A stretch of 60,000 bases of DNA from Callorhinchus milii (taxonomy: Eukaryota): contig NW_024704743.1 in NCBI RefSeq assembly GCF_018977255.1, positions 69,566,001 through 69,626,000 on the forward strand. The letters run 5' to 3'. Both the position numbers and the translations under genes were made by a program. Shown here one piece after another: positions 26,823 through 38,359 of the stretch. Under the pieces are notes generated by a model that did no database searches, was not told the DNA's origin, and worked only from the letters and a program-made list of their open reading frames with translations. Each line of letters opens with the position of its first letter. Within the stretch, counting starts at the first letter, position 1.

Positions 26823-27550
26823 GCAACAACAACAACAACAACAAGATTCCATTTATAAAGCGCCTTTCACGTCAGGAGGACGTCCCAAGGCGCTGCACAG
26901 TTGGGTCATGACCCGAGCAGGGGGGAAAATGGTCAGGGTGAGGGGAGGGAAGGGAGGGAGCGAGGAGGGGGAAATGGTCAGGGTGAGGGGAGGGAAGGGA
27001 GGGAGCGAGGAGGGGGAAGAGAGTCGAGAGGGGAGCTGAAGGCTCGGTCAAAGAGAAAGGTTTTGAGACCGGCCTTGAAGGAGGAAAGGGAGGAAGCGGC
27101 GAAGGCACTGGGGGATGGAGTTCCAGAGCCTGGGGGCTGAGAGGCTGAAGGCCCGACCACCGATGGTAGGGCGGTTGGGGCGGGGGACGTGGAGCAGACC
27201 GGAGCCAGAGGAACGGAGGGTACGGGCAGGTAGGTAGGGGGATAGTAGGTCGGAGAGGTAGGAGGGAGCGAGGCCGTGAATGGCCTTGTAGGTGAGGATG
27301 AGGATCTTGAAATCAATCCTCTGGGGGATGGGGAGCCAGTGGAGGCGAGCGAGGGTGGGAGTGATGTGGTCCCGAAACCTGGTGCGGGACAGTACACGAG
27401 CTGCAGAGTTCTGAATGACCTGCAGCTTGTGGAGGGAGGTGGCGGGAAGGCCGGCGAGGAGAGAGTTCCCATAGTCCAGCCTTGAGGTGACAAAGGCGTG
27501 AACTAGGGTTTCAGCAGCGTGAGGGGTGAGGTAATGCCGTAGTCTGGCGG
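26823..27550 (-). mobile_element. Young L2 3' fragment inserted into a Deu SINE (head at 26650-26820)
   Basis: Long open L2 ORF2 C-terminus [25 protein letters not shown]...GGRAFSLSAPRLWNSIP; (CAA)n tail; 45-bp tandem duplication in the 3' UTR. Confidence 0.95.
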
Positions 27551-27659
27551 CACTTTGGGATGTGAAAGGCACCATATCAAATGCAAGAAATGCAAATTAA
27601 GATTATGATTTTTTACAGATTTTGATGTAGGGTAACACCTCAGAGCACTTTACAGGGAA

Positions 27660-29050
27660 TGAGTTGTCTGCCTAGCAAGGGAGAGAAGGTAGCAGTTTGT
27701 AGCCATGGTGCCTGCAGTGTGGAGGGTGCGGACAGATTGGTGAAGTTTTAATAAGACGCAGAGGTTGGGTTGAGGAAGACCGTGGAGGGGCTTTGAAAGT
27801 GAGGACAAAGATTTTGAACTCTGTTCTCTGGGGGATGGGGAGCCAGCGAAGCCGGGCAAGGATGGCGTTGATCGGCTTACAGAGCTTAGTGCAGGAGAGG
27901 ATTCAAGCTGCAGAATTCTAAATAATCTGTAGCTTGTGGAGGGAAGAGTTGGGAAGTCTGGTGAGCAGGGATTTAACAGAGTCAAGCGTAGACATAATGA
28001 AAGAGTAGATTAGGGTTTCAGCAGCCTGAGGGAAGATACAGTGGTGGAGGTGGGCATTGTTGCAGAGGGAAGGCAGAACAGGTCATGGCTTGGATGTGGG
28101 GTTTAAAAGACAGTTGATGGTCAAACAAGATACCAAGGTTTCGTAAGGGCTCAGTGAGGTAGAGAGAGCATCCATGAATAGTGATGTTGTCAGCCCCTGA
28201 GGTGAGGAGGTGCTGATCGGAGCCAAGCAGGAGGGCCTCGGTTGACATTCAACTGTAGAAAATTGGCTCTCATCCAGGACTTGATGTTTGACAGACAATC
28301 CATCAGGACAGCAGTGGTCTGGAGTCGAGGGTCAGGAGAGAGATAGAGCTGGGTATCATCTGCATAAATGTGGAAGTTAACCCCATGGCTGTGAATGATA
28401 TCCCAGAATGAGAGCAAGTAAATATTGAAAAGGAGAGGACCAAAGACAAAACTCCCAAAAGACAAATTACATTTGTATAGCGCCTTTCATGTCAAGAGGA
28501 TGTCCCAAGGCGCTGTACAGTCTGGGATTTGGACCCGAGCTGGATGTTGGGATCAGGAGCGATGGAGGGCAGGAAGAGTAGGAGAAGGAGGGAAACAAGG
28601 TGTAGTTAAAGAGGAGGGTCTTGAGATGAGTCTTGAAGGAGATAAGGGAGGGAGCAAAGTGAAGGGACTGTGGGATGGAGTTCCAAAGGACGGAGGCAGA
28701 AAGGTTGAAGGCCTAACCCTCGATGGTGGGGCGGTAGGGCGGGGCACATGGAGCTGACCACTGAGTCCAATGAACACCGTACGATGGTGTGAAGGCTAGA
28801 GGAGAAGCCATTGGTGGAAACAAAGTGGAGACGATGGGAAAGGTAAGAACAGAACTCGGCAAGGACAGAGCCGGGAAGGTGGAGCTGAGAGTCAGAAAGA
28901 GAGGAGGCAAGGCTGAATGGCAAACGGAAAGAGTTCCAGAGGTTAGGGTTCTGAACTGAAGGCTCAGCCACTGGTGGCAAGGGGAGGGTAAGGGATGTTC
29001 AGCAAGCTGCCAATAGCTCAACCTAGGAGGTAAGCAGAGGGGTTGGGAAG
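27660..29050 (-). mobile_element. Cluster of older L2 fragments
   Basis: [17 protein letters not shown] (28190-28465), LRNLGILFDHQLSF; second L2 tail at ~28460. Confidence 0.82.
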
Positions 29051-29136
29051 GCGAAAGTCAGAGACATGAGGAGGTGCCCCAGGAAAAAAAAAGTTAGACC
29101 AAGAGCAGAAAGGTATACGCCAGTGGGGAGAATATT

Positions 29137-29570
29137 ACAACAACAACAACAACAAGATTCCATTTATAGAGCGCCTTTCACGTCAGGAGGACGTCCCAAG
29201 GCGCTGCACAGTTGGGTCATGACCCGAGCAGGGGGGAAATGGTCAGGGTGAGGGGAGGGAAGGGAGGGAGAGAGGAGGGGGAAATGGTCAGGGTGAGGGG
29301 AAGGGAGGGAGCGAGGAGGAGGAAGAGAGTCGAGAGGGGAGCTGAAGGCACGGTCAAAGAGAAAGGTTTTGAGACCGGCCTTGAAGGAGGAAAGGGAGGA
29401 AGCAAGGCGAAGGCACTGGGGGATGGAGTTCCAGAGCCTCGGGGCTGAGAGGCTGAAGGCCCGACCACCGATAGTAGGGCGGTTGGGGCGGGGGACGTGG
29501 AGCAGACCGGAGCCAGAGGAACGGAGGGTACGGGCAGGTAGGTAGGGGGATAGTAGGTTGGAGAGGTTAT
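29137..29570 (-). mobile_element. Young L2 3' fragment, near-identical to 26823-27260
   Basis: Same (CAA)n-gattccatttata tail and same 45-bp duplication. Confidence 0.93.
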
Positions 29571-31599
29571 ATTAGAACAATAATTGGACTCAATAATTTA
29601 TGTAAAATGAGTAAATCCAGAACAATACTTTCTTTCCAATATACCAATGAAGGAGAACAAGAGGTCACATATTTAAGGCTGTGAAGGCAATTTCAAGCCA
29701 AGCATCAGGAAATATTTATTGCACAGAAAGTAATTAATGTGCAAGTTATTAATGACTGAGACAGGCTACCAAGAAGGGTGGTTAAGATCAACATGCTGGG
29801 CCAATTTATAAAATAAGTTGATGTTGTAATAGGAAGATGGGAGGGTGAATAACGACAAAGGCCTATCCTCACCTCTACCTTTCTTGTGATTGTTTGGTCT
29901 TGTGAAAAATTAATATGGAAAGGGAAGGAGTAGGGAAATGAGGTTAGAGGAGACAGCTCTTGTGAGGGAATGAGCACCAGCACAAAGACAAACGGCTAAA
30001 TCACCTCCTGTTGTAATGTAAACTTTGTGATAAATGTGGCAGGGCGGCAAATTTGCAACATTTCATATTGTGCCAGTCTCCCCACTAGAGTTGATCCCAT
30101 TTCCCTCCTTTTTAAAAAAAATTGTATAATTTCGATATGATATGAGCTTTATTAAAGTTCCTGTGAAGTGTAGGCACTGTGAATTTTTAGACAAAGGTGG
30201 CAGCAAATTTGTGGATAGCAATATCCCACAACAGCCATGAAATGATGATCAATTTATCTGGAGGACTGTTGGCCAAATCACTGAGAGACACTTGCGTTTT
30301 TTTCAACCTCAGTTTAACATCTCATTCAAAGGATAGCACCTCCAGCAATGCATATGGCTCAGCGCTCAACTGAACTGTCAGTCTAGATTGTGAGTTCAAA
30401 GACCCCATGTGAGCTTTGAACAAACCTTCTGAACCCAGTGGTGGGAGTATTACCAAGGGAGCCTAACACCAAGGCTGACACTGTTCCCTTTTAATATCAT
30501 ATTTTATGTAAGATCACACAATAATAAGTGAGGTACAGATAAAGAAGAAACTTATTGTTCCAGAATACTCATTCCACAGTTTCCTATTATAGCATTAAAC
30601 AAAATAGTGTGAATTTCATCCTGTTTCCAGGTGCAGAATAATTGAGAGAAATTGAAAATAATCAATTACTAAGTTCTTCAAAGTCGTTTACAACAACTAC
30701 AACAACAACTTGCAGTTATATAGCGCCCCTCATGCAGGGTAGCGTCCTGGAGCACTGAAATGCATTTCACAGAGACTGTGGTGGATATCAAGTGAGGGAG
30801 GAAATGGGGGGGGGGGTGATTGTAGGCACAATAAAAGAGATAGGTATGTAGGCAGGATTGAAAGGCAGATTAAGAGGGGCAAATCACAAGGTTAGAGGTA
30901 GTCTGCTCCAGAGATTAGGGGGCATGGATGCTGAAGGCCCAGTCACAGATGGTGGGACAGAAGGGCAGGGGTTTACACTGTAATATATTCCTCCTTCACT
31001 TTCTATTACTTAGCCCTCTCTTAGAATAGAAGTCTACATGTCAAATCGAATTAGCTTCCCCGTAAAAATGGTTGATGATTTTTGACAGATATAATGAGAA
31101 ACGTATTAAACAAGATTTTATAACACAGCAATCATATTTTTATTAGGAGAATTCTATCAAAGACTTTCAGTACCTGGTTTCTAAACTCTGTTAAGCTTCC
31201 TCACTACACATCCCAAGTGACCTTCTTTACTACTGTAAATTTCTATGTTCTAAATGGCGTCCACAAAGTCCTATTATCCACATGTATTTTTTTTACAAGC
31301 ACTAACCAACAACTGAAAGATAATAATAATCCTTGCATTTGAAATAGCACTTATCACATCTTCACCTCAGTGCACTTCACAGAATATACTGTAAAGTGAA
31401 TTGTGTGGAAGAATGATGATAATTGTATTTAGAACTTAATTGTATTCAGTACAAGTGTTTAACTGCATTTAAACGTCCAGTCATCCAGAGGATTTCATGG
31501 CAGATAATGATCTGTCACCATGTTCTGTGCAACATGACGAGGTAAAATGCATCTCTGGGAGCTTGTTTCAGCTCCTCTCGTCTCATATTGTTGTTTTGT

Positions 31600-32560
31600 A
31601 GCAGGGGGTAAGAGGGCTTTGTGGCACCCCCCCTCCCCGTCCATTTGGTTACCACTCCGTCGTTGTTCTGCAGGACAATTGATTGGGTTAAAAACATATG
31701 CTCCAACCAACTCTGCGTGCTCCTTGGCATCCAGGGTGTTTATGGACCTTGTCTATGCTGGCGATATTGTTCTCTTCACTGATGACCTGGAGAAGTGGCC
31801 AGCAATCCTGACGCGTTTCGAGCAGATATACAGCTGTCTCCAAGGGGCTTCAGCGATTGTGCACTAAGCCGAAGTTCCAAAACTTCACTGCTGAATAAGG
31901 CTCAGCTTCCATAATTCTTCGGCAAGTTGGTTGAATCGGTGCAGAGGTTCGCATACCTAGGATGCGACATTGACTTCTCAGATTTTTGTGGACTTGGACG
32001 TCTGCAAACACATCAGCATGGCGAGCTCGGTGATGAACCAGCGTAACAGGTCTGGAGCTAGTGCTGTCTGTCCCTGGCTGTGAAGCTGTGTATATACAGG
32101 TGATGTACAGGTATATACAGGTGTATATACATGCGTGATGTCACTGCTTCTATATGGCTCGCTGATGTGGAAGATGTGGAATTGAGACTTGGACAAGTGC
32201 TCTACATGCTGTGCAGCGCCAGATTCTTGAAATACACTGGTTCAACCGTGTTATGAAGGAAATAGTTTTGGCTCAGACCAGCTGACCTGGTAAGTGCAAC
32301 AGAGCGTGGAGGCATCACTTACTCTTCAGACTCGTCTCGTAGATGGAGGAGAGTGTCTGTGCACTGGGCTCTCAGACTTGCTATTCAGATGGACCACAGA
32401 TCGAGACTGGACAGAATCTAAAGGCGACCTTGTGGGCATCCAAGACACACCTGAGTGCAACAGTGCTGATTCGGGCCTTGAGCCACAGGACGCTTGGGAC
32501 ACAGTGCATGATCAGTTGTTGCAGAGGTCCGAACAACGCAATATTGGTCACATGTAGTAG
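31600..32560 (+). mobile_element. Degraded RTE-clade LINE (RT C-terminal half)
   Basis: LFCRTIDWV, FMDLVYAGDIVL (YADD motif decayed), VESVQRFAYLGCDI, TCVMSLLLYGSLMW; these fit RTE-clade ORFs rather than CR1 or L2. Confidence 0.75.
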
Positions 32561-32591
32561 TAACACATTTGGTTAAGCAGCAGCACTAAAT

Positions 32592-32730
32592 GTTTTTTGG
32601 TCAGCTGGGTGTCTGACAAAATCGTAACCCATCATCATCATTCAAACCAGACTGATAGCTCATCATATGCTTATCACCCTCGCAAGGAAATTTCCCCTTG
32701 TCTAGAATGGAAAGCGCACTCTCTCCCTGT
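32592..32730 (-). repeat. Unclassified interspersed repeat X, 3' end, minus orientation
   Basis: Reverse complement reads cagggagagagtgcgctttccattctagac...gtcagacacccagctgaccaaaaaa. Confidence 0.72.
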
Positions 32731-34809
32731 TAATTTCAGAATATCAGACTGGGTCAGGTGGGAGCATTCTCGCTTCTGAGTCAGAAGATTGTGGTTTGAA
32801 GTGCCACGTTGGGACTCTGAACGCACATTCTAGGCTGACGTTCCAATGTAATGCTGAGAGCGCACGCTATTGTTGGAGATGCCAACCTTCAGGTGGATGT
32901 GAAAGATGTCGTAGCACTATTTAAAAAGAGAGGAAGATTTCTCCTGGTGTCGGTTATGTTGAGAAACGCGATCTAAGTGGAAATTGTTGATGTGGTGTTC
33001 CGCTTCATCAAGTGGTTCAGCTGGGTCCGCAAAGTCAATGATGGAAAAAATACACGTCTCAGTCTTAGTTTTAAATTTGTAGCTTCCCAAACATTGCATA
33101 ACTTTTTTTCTAATTTCTAGCTACACAGATCATTTTGATGGCGTTCAAGATAATTCTATAGATTCTTATCCTGAAAACGTCTGACATGTTTTTGTGACGG
33201 TTGCAAAGAAACGTTTAACGAGTGTTTAGGTTTAAGGCCACCTCCTAGTCTCATTTTCAGTGTAAAACATATTGCAGTGGTTTCCTTTGGGAATGAGAAG
33301 GATTGGTTAATTCTCAGAAACAATGTTACTTTAACTAGAGTTTTGGCAGAGCTGAAGGTGAATCAGCACAACAGGATATCCTGTTGAGGGCAGGCTCAGA
33401 CACTGACTGGGGAGTTTTGAAAACCCCTGCTACTGAACACAATACTGGACACAAAGGTTTTTTCAGGTTTTCAGATCAGTGTTGTGTAAAAAGATATTAT
33501 TAGAAATGGACATTTTGCCAATGGATTTTCCTTGATGTGAGCTGTAAATTGTTGCAGTGTTTTTCTGATCAAGAGAACCCGGTGATATGAGACAAAATAA
33601 ATCTAAAAGTGCTGGAAGTTAACAGCAAGTCCATCGGCATCAGAAGACGAATGATAGGTGAACATTGTGAGTGGAAAGATAATGTATTTGGGGTTGTTTT
33701 CATTCTGGCTTTGAAGTTTGCAGTTGTTATCAATTTATAACTTCTGGAATCCCATTAGTACAAATGCTGTTTGCCTAGACTGAGTTGTGCATAGTAGCCA
33801 ATTTGCCAATAGTAATGTCCCACAAACAGCCATGAAGTGAACAATCAGTTTTATTTGGAGGATTTATTTGTGCTATTCTCCCAGGACACTAGGAGAAACA
33901 CCCTTCTCTTTTCAGGTAGTGCCATTGGATCTTTAACATCCACCTGAACATGCAAATAGGACATTGTTTTAACATCTCAACCTAGCTGTCAGCATGGCTC
34001 CCTTAGTAGCATCAGAAGATTATGGTCTCAAGCCCAATATCAGGACTTTGAACTCACAGTCTCGGCTGACACTCCAGTGCAGTGCTGGGGCATGCAGTTA
34101 CTAAAGGCTTCTGAAGCCCAAAATGGGCTTCTGCGGATTTGCAGCATTTCTGCTTTTATTTCATATTTCCTCATTCATTGTTTTGCTTTTCATCTGGGCA
34201 AAGAGATTTTTTTGGGGTCAGCCAGGTGTCTGACTTGCGGACCCATCCCCATACTTAAGAGTCCAGTGCGGATACCTAAGATTTGAAAAATTCTTTCTCG
34301 ATAGCATTTTGTATTCAGAAAACTCTGAACAAATCAAACCATGTACTCATCTAAACTTTAAAGTACCTACTCCCTTCCCAGAGTGTGTCTCTACAAACAA
34401 TGCACACTGATGTTTAAATAGCTAGGCTCGTAACTGCAAGTATTCACAGGGAATGGGAGGAGAAGCCTTTTTTTAAATTATAGATGGCTCCATTGTTTTT
34501 TCCAGACCAGCTAAGTATGTAAGTCTTTCATAAAGATGATATTGATAATTTTTCTGCACATTGCAAAAATAGGAACTCTGATATTTTTTGCTCACTTTTT
34601 CAACAACAACAACTTGCATTTATAAAGTACCCTCTACGCGGTGCAGCGTCTCGGAGCGATTAATCCATGTTTCAAAGTAATTAAAGAGCGGGAGCAGTTG
34701 TTTAATAATATTAAAAAATAGAATTTTGTAGGCGAATACAATCTGCTCCCTGTGCCTGTCTAATTCCCTTCTAAATATCTCGAATGGCCTGTTTGGGGTT
34801 TCTGGCCTC

Positions 34810-35645
34810 TGTCAGCCTGGCTCAGGTGACAACACTCACCTGAGTCAGAAGGTTGTGAGCTCAAATCCCACTTCAGGACTTGGAATCCATGCAACAACAA
34901 CAAGAACAAGATTACATTTGTATAGCTCCTTTCATGTCGGGAGGACGTCCCAATGCTCTGGACAGTGTTTCAATGTTTCAGTGTACACAGTACAGTCTAT
35001 GGTGACACTCCTGTGCAGTCCTGGAGGAGGGCTGCATTGTCGGGGTGCCATTCATCGCATGTTAAACTGAGGTCCCGTCTGCAAACCAAGGTGCATGTTA
35101 AAGATCACATGGCACTATTGAAAAGAGAAGGGAATTTCTCCTGACAATCTCCCAAATAAAACTGGTCATTCGCTCCATGGCTGTTTGTGGGACATTGCTG
35201 TATGCAAATTGGCTGCCAATGTTCATCTAACAAAATACACACAATCACATCACTTTACAGTATATCATATGAAGCACTTTGAGATGTCTCGATGGCTTGA
35301 TAAGCGGGCTATATCGAATGCAAGGATTATTATTATTTGAACTCATAATCCAGGCAGAAACTCCAATATATTGCTGGGGGAGCACTGCATTGTCGGAGAT
35401 GTCATCCTTCAGATAAGTGGTGAATCTATCTAATCAGATGGATGTTAAAGATTCTGTGGCACTATTCAAAAAGAGAAGGGAAATCAGTCATTCATTTTGC
35501 GGCTGTTTGGGGGGCATTGCTGTTTTCAAATTGGTTGCTCTATTTTTCTACAAATACGCAGTCACTGCACTTGATAGGAGCGGTGAAGCATTTTTAGACA
35601 TTTTGATGTTATTTTGCGCTACATCAAATACAAGGATTGTTATTA
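34810..35645 (+). mobile_element. Two tandem Deu-domain SINEs, the first carrying a short minus-strand L2 tail (~34892-34965)
   Basis: ggctcagg...ctgagtcagaaggttgtgagctcaaatcccac head, Deu-type body and (ATT)n tails at ~35337 and ~35645. Confidence 0.8.
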
Positions 35646-36664
35646 TGAAGAGAACTGGAGGAACGCCTGAGCTTTGACCATGGAGTTTGTTGAAACTTCA
35701 CATTCCAGACAACAATTCCCTGGAGCTGTACCATGCTGGATTACTGGCTGAAGGTCGGGCAGGAGGCCCAGGAAGTTTTTTTGTTGAAGCAGCCATTACT
35801 ATTTTAGTCATGTTCATGTTTGATTTTGCCATGGTGTTGCTTGAGAGCATTTTACTTTGCTGGGTTTCTGAAATTTATGGTACAAATGCATGTCACCCTG
35901 ATTAGCAAGAACTCTCACTGTTGGGATAAACTTTGAGAGTGCAGTTTTTGTGGTTTGAGGTGACGTGTAAAGTATTTCTGGTTATCAGAAGAAATATCTG
36001 CTCGTATTCCTTAAGAATTATTTAAGTCAAAAAATAGCTATGTTGTAGACCCTAGCGTATGGATAAAGTGAAAAAGTCAACTCGGATACCAATCTGTATC
36101 AGTAAGAATATTGTTTCTGAGGAAGGTGCTTGTTAGACATTGTCTGGAGTATTGAGTTTAATACAGGTCAACCTGTCTTAAGCAGAACCTGGTGGCTTTT
36201 GAGAGATGCAGTGTAGAGCGACAAAAATTATCTAAGCTTTGAGGAAATGTTCAGCGAGTTCTTGTCGGAAAAGACTTTGAGGTGACCTTAGAGAAGTTCA
36301 AAACTTATGAAAGGAATTGAAATGGTTAAACCAAATATGTTACTCACTCTAACATAGGTTCTAAACACCACTAGGCATAATTTAAAAATTAGGAGGAAAT
36401 AGGGAATTCAGCCTCAACTACTCACAGAAAGGTTATTAGACATCTGGAATATGTTACCCGGGCAGCCCATTGAAACAAATTGTATTGATGGTCCAGATCT
36501 CCACTTAGTTTTTCATTGCAAAAGCTGAGACAGGGAAGTAGAAAGCAAGGTCATCTCCCTTTTGTACTCTTCCCAAGTTAACTTCACTTACACACACTGC
36601 GCTCGCTCCACTCCCTTGTTCTAGTACAGTAGTTATCTTTTCGTCACTCTTGCCTTCATCCTCT

Positions 36665-37045
36665 GAAAGCAACCCTGCAAGCCAAAGCCCTAATGGGCAA
36701 GGTGGTCCTAGCTGGCTAGCTGGACAAGCAGCGGGAAAGCTTGCTGGACAGTAATGTCAATGACAAGCTCTGCAAGTTAACTGGTTAGACCCCAGCACTA
36801 CCCCAACACACACTCTGGGGTCCCCAAGCCTTGGTTCTTGCCAACCTGCACCTAATACGTTCCGGAATTAGGTAAACAGGATGCATCCCTCCAGGGAGAG
36901 AGTGTGCATTCCATTCCAACAATCTATCTCTGGGATTTCCATGTGTAGGTGGGATGCATGGAAATCTCAGCTTGGTTTGGATACTCTTAAGCATGGAGAT
37001 GGGTTTCTGCATGTGTCAGACACCTGACTGACCCACCCCTCAAAA
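36665..37045 (+). repeat. Unclassified interspersed repeat X, best-preserved 3' half
   Basis: ccctgcaagccaaagccctaat...ctggttagaccccagc...ccctccagggagagagtgtgcattccattcc...gtcagacacctgactgacc...aaaaa. Confidence 0.8.
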
Positions 37046-37586
37046 ATCCTCTGAATGTCCACTCTGTCCACTCACACAATTCTTTGACCATAGTGACTCT
37101 TGCTGCATCACCTGTGGATCTGTCACTCATGTTCCATTCCTCCCCCTTGAACTGGGATTTTCAGCAGTGGAGTGTAATCGGAGCAGAACTGCAGGAGTGC
37201 TGTACTGTTGCATCAGGTTCAAACCCTCAACTGTCCAACTCCTTGGGACGTTTTCTCAACGTGAAACGTGCTATATAAATGCAATTTGTTATTGTTTAGG
37301 GCGTTGTCCTTCAATTGAAATATTGAACTAAGGTTTTGTCTCAGCGCTTTGGGACATCCTTCCGACGTGAAAGGCGCTCTATAAATCTAATTTTGTTGTT
37401 GTTGTTATCTGCCTTTCAAATAGCCGATAACCAATCTCACAATATCATTTGAAACGAGAGGAGAGTTTCTCCTGAGGTGCCGATCAACAATTGTCCAGAT
37501 AAATTGGTCATTCACTTAATGGCTTTTTGTGAGATATTGCTGTGAGAAAATTGACTGCCATGTTTGCCTACAAAATACATAATTGT

Positions 37587-37901
37587 GGAGTCCTATAGCT
37601 CAGTGGTTACAGCACTCGCTTTGCAAGCGAGAGACGCAGGTTTGATTCCCGGCATGGTGAAACCTTGGGCAAGTTTTGTTACTCCACACGCATGATAATA
37701 ATCCCTCAAAAAAAATAATAAATTGGTAATTTCAATCCACGACTGTTTGTGGGACACTGCTGTGCGCAATTGGCTGCCGCGTTTCGCCCACAAATACACA
37801 GTCAATTCACTTTACAGTATATTCTGTGAAACGCTTTGAGACGTCGGGAAGATGTGAAAAGCGCTATATCAAATGCAAGGATTAGTATTACTATTATTAT
37901 T
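37587..37901 (+). mobile_element. Full-length tRNA(Ala)-headed SINE with L2-derived tail
   Basis: A-box tagctcagtgg, anticodon arm ctcgc-tttgcaa-gcgag (37615-37631), B-box ggtttgattcc, tail gtgaaaagcgctatatcaaatgcaagga(tta)n. Confidence 0.92.
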
Positions 37902-38040
37902 ACTTACTATGCTTGACAGTGGTATTCGCTCTTGCCAACCTATATCTAATATTCTGTAGAATTACGTAAGCAGGGTGTGTCTCTCCAGGGAGAGAGTATC
38001 TATTCCATTCCAGACATGGAAATATCCACATGGAGGTGGA

Positions 38041-38359
38041 ATAATAATAATAATAATAATCCTTGCATTTGATATAGCGCTTTTCACGTCGGGAGGACGT
38101 CCCAAAGCGCTTCACAGAACACACTGTAAAGTGAATTGACTGTATATTTGTGGGCGAACGCGGCAGCCAATTGCGCACAGCAATGTCCCACAAACAGTCG
38201 TAGATTGAAAATGACCAATTTATTATTGTTTTGGGGTTTTTGGAGGGATTATTATTAGGCGTGTGGAGTAAGGAAACTTGCCCAAGGTTTCGCCCTGCCT
38301 GGAATTGAACTCAGGTCTCTCACTTGCAAAGCGAGTGCTCTAACCACTGAGCTACAGGA
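38041..38359 (-). mobile_element. Full-length tRNA(Ala)-headed SINE, inserted into a repeat X copy (37905-38425)
   Basis: Reverse complement of the same SINE; flanks ggaggtgga|...|atgcgtggaac rejoin the repeat X sequence. Confidence 0.92.

Noticed and set aside
37587..37660. tRNA-Ala(TGC)-like sequence
   Set aside because: It runs directly into a SINE body and tail, lacks a proper acceptor stem, and recurs in several copies; it is a SINE head, not a tRNA gene.
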